Source of the DNA: a virus
Taxonomy: Duplodnaviria; Caudoviricetes
Length of the DNA: 35,983 nucleotides
Reading direction: 5' to 3' (one strand)
IMG/VR virus record: IMGVR_UViG_3300046643_000007
Location: 1-35,983 of that record
In this document: positions 7,487 to 13,906 of the stretch, one piece after another
How positions within the stretch are numbered: the first letter of the stretch is position 1
How the letters are laid out: every line of letters starts with the position of its first letter
The notes under the pieces: model-generated
What the model was told of the DNA's origin: nothing
The model's input: only the letters and a program-made list of their open reading frames with translations
Database searches by the model: none
Program-made: the position numbers and the translations under genes

Positions 7487-8169
7487 ATTGCGAGCTTTCT
7501 GACCGGTCCTGCAGTGGCGGTTATGAAGTCCTCCCAGCGTCTACCGTTTAGGTACGTTGTGGGCATGGGCACATACTTTCCGCCGTCTCGGGACCACTGC
7601 GGGTCATTTTTGACGCGGTGGGTGACCGCCCGAATTATGGTCGACAGCAGGTTGGGGTCGGGGTTGAGTTTTAACCATGCCGCCTCGGAGTCCTTGCGCT
7701 TTTCCTTTTTCGGGTAGACGGACCAAAACTCGTCGAACCCCTCCGGGGTCGGTCGCGTCCGTTTTCGGACAATAGGGTTTATATGGTTCTGGTTCTGGTT
7801 GGCATTGGGGTCGGTATGCGGTGGCAATGCGGTCGCATTTATATCATTGTTCCATCTAGCATTTGCGCCCTTCGATCCGTCCTCTGATTTTTTTTGACGG
7901 AATCTTATTTCGGCGTCGCACTTTTTCTGGTGCCACCCATCGCTGCGCAGCACAAAAAATTCCGAAAGGACGTTATCCACAGCCTGCTGCTGCTCTGGCT
8001 CGCCAGCCCTTAACGCCCTCAGGATGTAAGATCGGTCATTCCGAATTGGCTTCCCGTGCAGACAATACAGGTCGATTAGCCTGCGATACGCCAAGTCCTC
8101 AAACCACCCGAGGTGCATGGTATCCCGCATATAGTCACCCGGGAAAAATCGGAAATACGCATAACTCAT
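7483..8169 (-). CDS. Replication initiator, YdaU/DUF1376 family
   Basis: YFRFFPGDYMRDTMHL...AYRRLIDLY N-terminus; FDEFWSVYPKK...PTTYLNGRRWED C-terminus; GGAGGT SD. Confidence 0.85.
   Translation of the reverse strand: MSYAYFRFFPGDYMRDTMHLGWFEDLAYRRLIDLYCLHGKPIRNDRSYILRALRAGEPEQQQAVDNVLSEFFVLRSDGWHQKKCDAEIRFRQKKSEDGSKGANARWNNDINATALPPHTDPNANQNQNHINPIVRKRTRPTPEGFDEFWSVYPKKEKRKDSEAAWLKLNPDPNLLSTIIRAVTHRVKNDPQWSRDGGKYVPMPTTYLNGRRWEDFITATAGPVRKLAI
7795..7838 (-). repeat. Four imperfect 11-bp tandem repeats, probable iteron origin inside the initiator gene
   Basis: ATGCGACCGCA TTGCCACCGCA TACCGACCCCA ATGCCAACCAG in the interdomain linker, as for lambda O-type origins. Confidence 0.55.
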
Positions 8170-8191
8170 TGATACCTCCGCTAAGGTTGAA

Positions 8192-8258
8192 AGGATGCCG
8201 GTAAGTCCCGTAGCGGCAGGACGCGGGATGCAGCCCGATGTCCCGGCAACAGCATCCT
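8192..8258 (-). ncRNA. C4/CI-like antisense cloverleaf RNA in the initiator leader
   Basis: Closing stem AGGAU-(GCUGUU bulge)-GCCGG/CCGGCAUCCU with two internal hairpins. The loop CCGCUA is complementary to UAGCGG, which overlaps the SD. Confidence 0.65.
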
Positions 8259-8271
8259 AACACCTTTTGTC

Positions 8272-8287
8272 TGTTCGGTACCGAACA
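8272..8287. promoter_or_regulatory. Perfect 16-bp palindrome (operator candidate)
   Basis: TGTTCGGTACCGAACA in the divergent intergenic region. Confidence 0.45.
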
Positions 8288-8318
8288 CAACAGCCAATTT
8301 AGACCTGTTCTAATTGTT

Positions 8319-8372
8319 TGCGCATTTAGCGCACAGAAACCGCTTGACAGCGTTGCGCACAAAGCGCATTAT
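8319..8372 (+). promoter_or_regulatory. Rightward promoter with two palindromic operators
   Basis: TTGACA(8344)-17-CATTAT(8367); TGCGC-N5-GCGCA at 8319-8333 and 8354-8368. Confidence 0.7.
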
Positions 8373-8404
8373 CTGTTTCGCACACAACGCAACCGGGAGA
8401 ACGA

Positions 8405-8593
8405 ATGAATGTCCAAACTGAACTCAAACACGCGCAGCTAGTGGAAGCCTCGGGCCTATCTTGGAGTGACCGCTATTATGCGATGCGGTCTCATGCTGCC
8501 GATATGGAACAGCGGCTTGATGACTGGAAAGAGATGTCCCACGACGTGGTGACGGACATGGAAGCGCAAATCAAACGACTGGAGAAAGCATGA
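8405..8593 (+). CDS. Hypothetical protein
   Basis: 62 aa, GGGAG SD, first gene of the rightward operon. Confidence 0.7.
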   Translation: MNVQTELKHAQLVEASGLSWSDRYYAMRSHAADMEQRLDDWKEMSHDVVTDMEAQIKRLEKA

Positions 8594-8769
8594 AACGCAC
8601 ATGGTTGAATTTCCGTTTGTGGCTGGCAAACACCGAATTGGATGATCTCGATCACAGCGAGAAACTGTTATTGGCCGAGCGTGACCGTATACGCCGGAAG
8701 CGCACAGCCATCGTGGTGGAGTTGATCCACATGGACACCGAAGATAACCGCAGTCCGAAACCATTCTGA
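8590..8769 (+). CDS. Hypothetical protein (59 aa, MKRTWLNFRLWLANTELDD...)
   Basis: Translated by hand; ATGA overlap, GGAG SD; fills the gap to the next gene. Confidence 0.7.
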   Translation: MKRTWLNFRLWLANTELDDLDHSEKLLLAERDRIRRKRTAIVVELIHMDTEDNRSPKPF

Positions 8770-8776
8770 GGGAATC

Positions 8777-9370
8777 ATGAGCATTGAAAAATTGGAGTTA
8801 TTGCGTCAGCCATTCCCGGCGAACCAGATCAGCTACCTGCCCAAAGGTGGCGTGCAGTTGGCCTACGTTGGCCATGCCGCCCTGACTGATCGCCTGTTGA
8901 ACGTGGACCCAGGATGGAATTGGGAACCGCTGGCACTATCTTCTACCGGCCTGCCGCAATTCGACGAATCCGGCGGGTTGTGGATCAGGCTTACGATTTG
9001 TGGTGTAACGCGCCTGGGCTACGGCAACGCCAAGGAAAAGGCCAACATGGAGGTCGGGAGCCGGGAAAAGGAGTGCATAGGCGACGCTTTGCGCAACGCT
9101 GCAATGCGCTTTGGTGCGGCTCTTGATCTTTGGCACAAGGGAGAATTGCACGCCGAGGAATTGCCTGTGCCCATCCTTGCGCTGCAAAAGCAACTGGAAG
9201 CGGCTGGGATTCCTGCGGCCCGATTCTGCAAGGCGGCGAATATCGAAAGCCTGAAAGACTTGCCGCTTGAGAACATGAAGATGGCACAGGAATGGATAGC
9301 AAAGGCCGTTCAAAAGAAGAGCCAGGTGCGCGAACCCGGCGCCGATGAAAGCGAGGATGTAAAGCAATGA
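8777..9370 (+). CDS. Rad52/Sak-like single-strand annealing protein
   Basis: LRQPFP...LAYVGHAALTDRL...GWNWE...LTICGVTR.GYG...IGDALRNAAMRFGAALDLW. Confidence 0.8.
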   Translation: MSIEKLELLRQPFPANQISYLPKGGVQLAYVGHAALTDRLLNVDPGWNWEPLALSSTGLPQFDESGGLWIRLTICGVTRLGYGNAKEKANMEVGSREKECIGDALRNAAMRFGAALDLWHKGELHAEELPVPILALQKQLEAAGIPAARFCKAANIESLKDLPLENMKMAQEWIAKAVQKKSQVREPGADESEDVKQ

Positions 9371-9915
9371 AAAAAATCACCGTATCCGACGCATTCGGAA
9401 CCGCTATCGGGGCGAGTCTGTACGACCTGACCGGAAACTATAACCGCGCATTGCTGGCGTTCGAGTCTGGCGACTTCGACGACGAGACCATCCGTGACAC
9501 TTTGGACGGTCTGGAGGGAGAGCTTGCGCAAAAGACGCTCAGGGTCATTGCAATGGCGCAGGCACTCGATTCCCGCAGCAATGCCATCACTGCCCGCATC
9601 GAAGCAATGGCAGAGCGTGCTGTAGCCCTTCAGAATCGTTCCAAGTACCTGCGAGAGTACGCGCTAGAGTGCCTGAAAGCGGCTGGATTTGAGGCGGGAG
9701 ATAGCATCGAAAGCCCCGAGCTTGCGCTGCGCATCCAGAAGAATCCGCCCAAGGTGAATATCTTGGATTCTATCGCGCTGCCCGCTGCGTTCTGGAAGAT
9801 CCCGCCTCCGCCAGATAAGCAGGTGGACAAGGCCGCAATTGCTATAGCACTCAAGGCGGGAGAAGCAGTCCCCGGCGCCGAACTCGTTCAATCAACCCGA
9901 CTCGTGGAGAAATGA
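9367..9915 (+). CDS. Siphovirus Gp157-like protein
   Basis: SLYDL...[13 protein letters not shown] coiled coil...KNPPKV...[20 protein letters not shown]. Confidence 0.85.
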   Translation: MKKITVSDAFGTAIGASLYDLTGNYNRALLAFESGDFDDETIRDTLDGLEGELAQKTLRVIAMAQALDSRSNAITARIEAMAERAVALQNRSKYLREYALECLKAAGFEAGDSIESPELALRIQKNPPKVNILDSIALPAAFWKIPPPPDKQVDKAAIAIALKAGEAVPGAELVQSTRLVEK

Positions 9916-9916
9916 C

Positions 9917-10348
9917 ATGGCATCAGTCAACAAGGCAATCATCGTAGGAAATTTGGGGCGGGATCCTGAAATGCGCTACACGGCATCCGGTGACACCATC
10001 TCATCGTTCTCGGTGGCCACCACGGAAACCTGGAAGGATAAGCAGGGCGAGAAGCAAGAGAAAACGGAATGGCACAACATCACCATCTTTGGCAAGTTGG
10101 GCGAGATTGCCGGCGAATACCTGAAGAAAGGCTCCTCGGTCTATCTGGAGGGGCGCATCCAGACCGATAAATACACGGACAAGGCCGGCATTGAGAAGTA
10201 TTCCACAAAGATCATTGCCGACCGCATGCAGATGCTGGGCGGAAAGCCAGAGGGTTCCCCTTCCAAGACCGCCGAGACCAAAGCGGACAGCAAGAAGGGC
10301 AAGCCCTCCGAAACGTTTGCCGATATGGATGACGATATCCCATGGTAG
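9917..10348 (+). CDS. ssb: Single-stranded DNA-binding protein
   Basis: [18 protein letters not shown]...TEWH...[12 protein letters not shown]; acidic tail DDDIPW. Confidence 0.97.
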   Translation: MASVNKAIIVGNLGRDPEMRYTASGDTISSFSVATTETWKDKQGEKQEKTEWHNITIFGKLGEIAGEYLKKGSSVYLEGRIQTDKYTDKAGIEKYSTKIIADRMQMLGGKPEGSPSKTAETKADSKKGKPSETFADMDDDIPW

Positions 10349-10638
10349 AAATGACCGGACCTTGGAAGAAGTTTTGCCGCATTGCGATGCGTGCCGGATT
10401 GAGCAAGACCGACATGGCGGACGTTCTAGGCTGTTCGCGCCGATCCGTGCAGTTGTGGGTCAAGAACAATACTGCCCCGAGTGAGCGCCTCAAGCCGGTT
10501 GTGCTGGCAGCTACGGATATCCTGCAAAAGCTGATCGACATCAAGGAACTCCCGACCATGCATTCTGCGGTGCGGATGGACATCGTAACCAAAGCCGCCT
10601 ATGAGTGTAGACACGGAACAATGGCGCCACGAGTGTGA
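10342..10638 (+). CDS. XRE/Cro-like HTH regulator
   Basis: [29 protein letters not shown]; the start may be 10351. Confidence 0.75.
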   Translation: MVEMTGPWKKFCRIAMRAGLSKTDMADVLGCSRRSVQLWVKNNTAPSERLKPVVLAATDILQKLIDIKELPTMHSAVRMDIVTKAAYECRHGTMAPRV

Positions 10639-10789
10639 GGTACGCTGGCTGGCTAACTTGCCCACCAATAAAGAGCGCACGGAACATTTGAAGGGTGTGG
10701 AAAAGAAGCGCGGCCGGCCGGCAATGCTGAAACTGTTGCGAGACGCCAAGGTGATATTTGATGAACGTGCAGAGAACGATAACGAGTGA
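10601..10789 (+). CDS. Hypothetical phage protein
   Basis: 62 aa, [12 protein letters not shown]...VEKKRG; co-oriented and overlapping its neighbours. Confidence 0.65.
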   Translation: MSVDTEQWRHECEVRWLANLPTNKERTEHLKGVEKKRGRPAMLKLLRDAKVIFDERAENDNE

Positions 10790-11126
10790 TTCACGGGACC
10801 ATATAGTCGCCTGCGTGCGGGTTGCGCCAGAGGGCTATGTGGTCACGATCAAGCCCAAGACTAGATCGCTTGAGCAGAATGCCATGCTGCACGCCATGCT
10901 GACGGAGATAGCGCGGGAAAGGGTATGGGCAGGCGCCAAGCATCCAATCGACGTGTGGAAGCGGCTACTGACCGCGGCATGGTTGCGGGCAAGGGGAGAC
11001 AGGCCGACGATCCTGCCAGCGTTGGATGGCCGCGGAGTGGATGTGATATTCGAGCGCACGTCGCACATGAGCGTGGCGGACGTTGCGGATCTGATAACCT
11101 ACATTGAGGCATGGAGGGAAGAATGA
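10758..11126 (+). CDS. ninB: NinB/Orf family recombination protein
   Basis: TRSLEQNAMLHAMLTEIA...W.G......WKRLLTAAW...RTSHMSVADVADLITYIEAW. Confidence 0.9.
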   Translation: MMNVQRTITSDSRDHIVACVRVAPEGYVVTIKPKTRSLEQNAMLHAMLTEIARERVWAGAKHPIDVWKRLLTAAWLRARGDRPTILPALDGRGVDVIFERTSHMSVADVADLITYIEAWREE

Positions 11127-11239
11127 GTCAATGCTATAACCAAGACGCGTTTTGGTTCCTGCTCTGGAGTTGCGCGATTCTGGGCGCAATATGCATGGCT
11201 GGCCTGCTCCACGTTCTGGATAGGAGACATGAGAAATGA
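11123..11239 (+). CDS. Small membrane peptide (38 aa)
   Basis: Translated by hand as MSQCYNQDAFWFLLWSCAILGAICMAGLLHVLDRRHEK; ATGA overlaps at both ends. Confidence 0.65.
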   Translation: MSQCYNQDAFWFLLWSCAILGAICMAGLLHVLDRRHEK

Positions 11240-11511
11240 GCAATGTTCAATCGGCTCCGTACTGTACTTGTGCTGTGTATCAGAAATTAGAGAAAGAGTG
11301 CGCGGAGTTGCGCAATAGCGCAGGATGCACTCGCAGCCATCCGCACGAGGAAATGACTATTGTCTGTGAGAGATTGGCGGAAGAGGCGCGCAATACAAAC
11401 AAACTCGCTAATGAGTGCGCAGAGTTGCGCCGCGTACTATCTGAAGCTAGAAATTTCACTCCTCATTGGATGTGGGAAGCAATCGACGCAGCTATGGGAG
11501 AGAAGCCATGA
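11236..11511 (+). CDS. Hypothetical modular protein
   Basis: 91 aa; ECAELR occurs twice; ends IDAAMGEKP. Confidence 0.7.
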   Translation: MSNVQSAPYCTCAVYQKLEKECAELRNSAGCTRSHPHEEMTIVCERLAEEARNTNKLANECAELRRVLSEARNFTPHWMWEAIDAAMGEKP

Positions 11512-11750
11512 GTGACATATGGCTTAAGCGCAACGCCTTGGACAAGGAGCGCCGTACCTTCATGCAATCAGCCATGGCTGAGTTTGACAAGACCTATCGC
11601 ATCAAGGTCAGGGAACTACAGCAAGAATGTGAACAGGATGGTGGGCACAGTTGGGAGTTTGATCAATGCGGACCGCTTGGTGATCCATGGTTCACTTGTT
11701 CACGATGCTACGCACGAAAGGTTGAATTAGAGGGGATGAGTCATGAGTAG
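11508..11750 (+). CDS. Hypothetical protein with a C-terminal zinc ribbon
   Basis: ATG 11508 with ATGA overlap; C....GH.W...CSRC. Confidence 0.7.
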   Translation: MSDIWLKRNALDKERRTFMQSAMAEFDKTYRIKVRELQQECEQDGGHSWEFDQCGPLGDPWFTCSRCYARKVELEGMSHE

Positions 11751-12102
11751 CAAGAATTACTGTGCGCACAGGGAACCTTTATCAAGCGGATTTTGCCCGG
11801 ACTGTGAGTGTGATGTAAGCATTTGGAAAACCATGAGTGACACTCCAAGGGCAGACGCCGAATGGCATTCTGTTAAGGACTTCGCGTTTCAACATCAAAG
11901 AACCGAAGCCATGTATGAATATGCTCAGAAGCTAGAGCGCGAACTCTCTTCCAGTCAGAAAGAGTGCACGGAGTTGCGAAACGTTTTGGGAGACGCAAAA
12001 GTGAAACTAGCCCTATACCGCATGAATCACTCTGGTGAGTATATTGGGGGCGTGGAGTACATGGAGCTTATGAATAGAATAGACGCGGCACTGGCTATAT
12101 GA
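11743..12102 (+). CDS. Hypothetical modular protein
   Basis: 119 aa; CAH/CPDC, internal MSDTPRADA, ECTELR; ends IDAALAI. Confidence 0.7.
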   Translation: MSSKNYCAHREPLSSGFCPDCECDVSIWKTMSDTPRADAEWHSVKDFAFQHQRTEAMYEYAQKLERELSSSQKECTELRNVLGDAKVKLALYRMNHSGEYIGGVEYMELMNRIDAALAI

Positions 12103-12106
12103 TCAA

Positions 12107-12264
12107 TGAGGGGGCGTCTTGCGCGATGCAAGATAGATTGTGATGAGACGGCAGTCAAGATTCACAGTTGAATTGGTAGCTCAATTGGTAGAGCATCCCC
12201 GGCAGGGGAAGGTAGATTGTTCGATCCAATCCAAATCGGCAGGTGCAAATCCTGCCCCCTCACC
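12107..12264 (+). ncRNA. tRNA-shaped RNA with a nested anticodon-less tRNA
   Basis: Outer acceptor TGAGGGG/CCCCTCA and T-arm GCAGG-TGCAAAT-CCTGC; inner canonical D-arm and T-arm. Confidence 0.75.
12169..12238 (+). tRNA. Pseudo-tRNA, anticodon loop replaced by a GGCA tetraloop
   Basis: TA-GCTC-AATTGGTA-GAGC D-arm, TCCCC-GGCA-GGGGA, AGGTA variable loop, GATTG-TTCGATC-CAATC T-arm; imperfect acceptor TGAATTG/CAAATCG. Confidence 0.75.
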
Positions 12265-12270
12265 TTTTAA

Positions 12271-12409
12271 TGATTATTGCTGGTCATTGGCGTCATAGAA
12301 TCGGTCACGATGATGGTCTTCGGCAACGTAACGCGTTACGACCGTTGGGCTACTCTTAAACCCGATGAGGCGTGAGTGTCATGGACTCAACAGTGACCAG
12401 CAACAATCA
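12271..12409 (+). ncRNA. Multibranch structured RNA closed by a 19-bp stem
   Basis: TGATTATTGCTGGTCATTG pairs with CAGTGACCAGCAACAATCA (one mismatch, one G-U); four internal hairpins. Confidence 0.65.
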
Positions 12410-12410
12410 A

Positions 12411-12487
12411 CGAGGGGAAGCTTGGACGCCCGGATTTCAAATCTGCAGTGCGGTGTTCAGAGGGTTGGCAGCCCTCCCCCTCACCCA
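12411..12487 (+). tRNA. Degenerate tRNA-like gene with a UCA anticodon (Sec/opal-suppressor-like) and encoded CCA
   Basis: CGAGGGG/CCCCTCA-C-CCA acceptor, CGGA-TTTCAAA-TCTG anticodon arm, GAGGG-TTGGCAG-CCCTC T-arm; shrunken D-arm. Confidence 0.55.
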
Positions 12488-12542
12488 AATCGGTCCTGAC
12501 CGCATAGACGCCGCAGGGACGCCGGACGCTCGTAACCGGCAT

Positions 12543-13100
12543 TTACGGCTTCGGCCAGTCCCGAGCCTTCTCGTAGTCCACCAGAGCCTTGAACGTCAGG
12601 GCTTCTTCTCTTGCTGATCTGAGGGCAGCAGAGACCTCCGCAACGCTTCTAGCGACGTCGTTAAATTGTTCAGAGGCGTTTCGTAGTCGTTGCTCGCAGG
12701 ACTCAGTAGTTCCTTCGGCGGGGGCTGGGGCGTCGGGCACGGAGCCGCTATTGGCACCTGGATGATCTTCGGGGGCGATGCGCAGCTTTGCAATCCTAGC
12801 ATCAATAGCAGCATAAGAAGACTTCGCATCAGCTTTCCCCTTCCGGTAATTGTCCATCGCAGTCAGGGTTGCATCCTCCAATGCCCGTGCGTCCTTGGCA
12901 TTCTGAAGGAGTCTCTCCGTTATCACCTCCGCCGATTTCGATTGAAATTGCGCATAATCCGCAGCAATCTCCGCCCTCTCCCGCAAGGCAGCATCCCTCT
13001 CGTGGGTCAGTATCGCCACGTAGACCCCGAGTGCTGCAAGCGCACACACAGCCCCCAGCGTCGCCAGTTCCCACATTTTCCCCGTGACCCACGATAGCAT
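12543..13100 (-). CDS. Rz: Inner-membrane spanin (Rz-like)
   Basis: N-terminal transmembrane helix plus periplasmic coiled coil; last gene of the lysis cassette; contains a nested lipoprotein ORF. Confidence 0.8.
   Translation of the reverse strand: MLSWVTGKMWELATLGAVCALAALGVYVAILTHERDAALRERAEIAADYAQFQSKSAEVITERLLQNAKDARALEDATLTAMDNYRKGKADAKSSYAAIDARIAKLRIAPEDHPGANSGSVPDAPAPAEGTTESCEQRLRNASEQFNDVARSVAEVSAALRSAREEALTFKALVDYEKARDWPKP
12596..12829 (-). CDS. Rz1: Outer-membrane spanin lipoprotein (Rz1-like), embedded in Rz
   Basis: MRSLLMLLLMLGLQSC lipobox, Pro-rich mature part, alternate frame inside Rz. Confidence 0.85.
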   Translation of the reverse strand: MRSLLMLLLMLGLQSCASPPKIIQVPIAAPCPTPQPPPKELLSPASNDYETPLNNLTTSLEALRRSLLPSDQQEKKP

Positions 13101-13264
13101 TACCAGTCCTTAGCGTTCTTGTACGCGGCATCAGCCGCACTCCGAGCCGCATCCAGCGCGTTCTTTGCCGGGGCGATAGAGGCTTGTGCCGCAGTGTAGG
13201 CCTGCTCCGCTTGCATCAATTGGTCAATGGCGGCGTCGATTGCATTCTTCTGGTCTTGGTTCAT
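13100..13264 (-). CDS. Small Ala-rich helical protein (54 aa) in the lysis cassette
   Basis: Translated by hand as MNQDQKNAIDAAIDQLMQAEQAY...KNAKDW; AGGAG SD; overlaps both neighbours. Confidence 0.7.
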   Translation of the reverse strand: MNQDQKNAIDAAIDQLMQAEQAYTAAQASIAPAKNALDAARSAADAAYKNAKDW

Positions 13265-13485
13265 TTGGGTTGCTCCTGTGGGTTGGTAGGGGACTGCTGA
13301 ATTACCCGGGCGGCGACCACTGCAATAGCGATAGCCGCTTGTATTTTGTGGAACAGGCTGGCCTCTAACGCTTGTTGCAGCACGGCCAGATTGTCATAAG
13401 CTATCGTGATAGCGCCCAGAAATGCGGCCATTTGCACAGATAGCCACCGGTGAAACTGCTTCCAATCTTCGACTAGTTTAGGCAT
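13261..13485 (-). CDS. Putative holin
   Basis: 74 aa, two hydrophobic segments, KLVEDWK...WLSVQ...ARVIQQ; next to the endolysin. Confidence 0.7.
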   Translation of the reverse strand: MPKLVEDWKQFHRWLSVQMAAFLGAITIAYDNLAVLQQALEASLFHKIQAAIAIAVVAARVIQQSPTNPQEQPK

Positions 13486-13906
13486 CTACAACTCCATCAG
13501 GGTATTGACCGTTGACCATCATTCGCGCCAATTCAAGCGCCCGCTTTCCGACCTGTTGAGACCACGCGCTGTCCAGCATCTGAGTCGCCGCCATCTCGAA
13601 GTCTTGTTTTTCGAGTGCGGCAATCATTTTCTTGAATCCAGAAAAACGAGACAGCCCCATGTTGAATATCATGTTCAGCACCACGTCCTGACGCACCACG
13701 TCAAGATCGTTGAACCACGCCAGGGTCCGCGCATCTTTTCTGGCATCTGATATGTCATCAAACAACATTTGCGCCACAACAGCGTCGCTCACGGGCTTGT
13801 CATCAAGGTTGTGCCCTACTCCCAGCGTGGTCTTGCCTACACTGTCTTTATATGGGGAATTGCGCTTTCCCTCATGCTTAATGAGGAGGTTTTGCAGTGG
13901 TGTCAT
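13478..13906 (-). CDS. Endolysin, T4-lysozyme-like muramidase (GH24)
   Basis: HEG......YKDSVGKTTLGVGHNL (E-x8-D-x5-T), NMIFNMG, MLDSAWSQQVGKRA. Confidence 0.92.
   Translation of the reverse strand: MTPLQNLLIKHEGKRNSPYKDSVGKTTLGVGHNLDDKPVSDAVVAQMLFDDISDARKDARTLAWFNDLDVVRQDVVLNMIFNMGLSRFSGFKKMIAALEKQDFEMAATQMLDSAWSQQVGKRALELARMMVNGQYPDGVVDA

Noticed and set aside
8271-8293. Possible LexA/SOS box at the palindrome
   Set aside because: The spacing does not fit CTGT-N8-ACAG, GAAC-N4-GTTC or GTTC-N7-GTTC.
11281-11980. CRISPR-like or DGR template/variable repeat pair
   Set aside because: The repeats are coding, irregularly spaced and only about 20 nt, and no cas or reverse transcriptase gene is present.
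12107-12264. tmRNA or YrlA Y RNA
   Set aside because: It is too short for tmRNA and lacks a G3:U70 alanine acceptor and a tag ORF. The inner arms run in normal D-anticodon-T order, unlike the permuted YrlA layout.
12271-12409. Retron msr/msd or hammerhead ribozyme (CCGATGAG at 12362)
   Set aside because: There is no reverse transcriptase in the genome, the core is not CTGATGA, and no GAAA follows the candidate stem II.
12488-12544. Theta (HDV-like) ribozyme behind the UCA tRNA
   Set aside because: There is no G-initiated P1 at the tRNA 3' end, and I could not build the nested double pseudoknot by eye.
12372-12617. 81-aa plus-strand ORF over the RNA array
   Set aside because: It has no protein-like features and overlaps strongly structured RNA elements and the Rz end.
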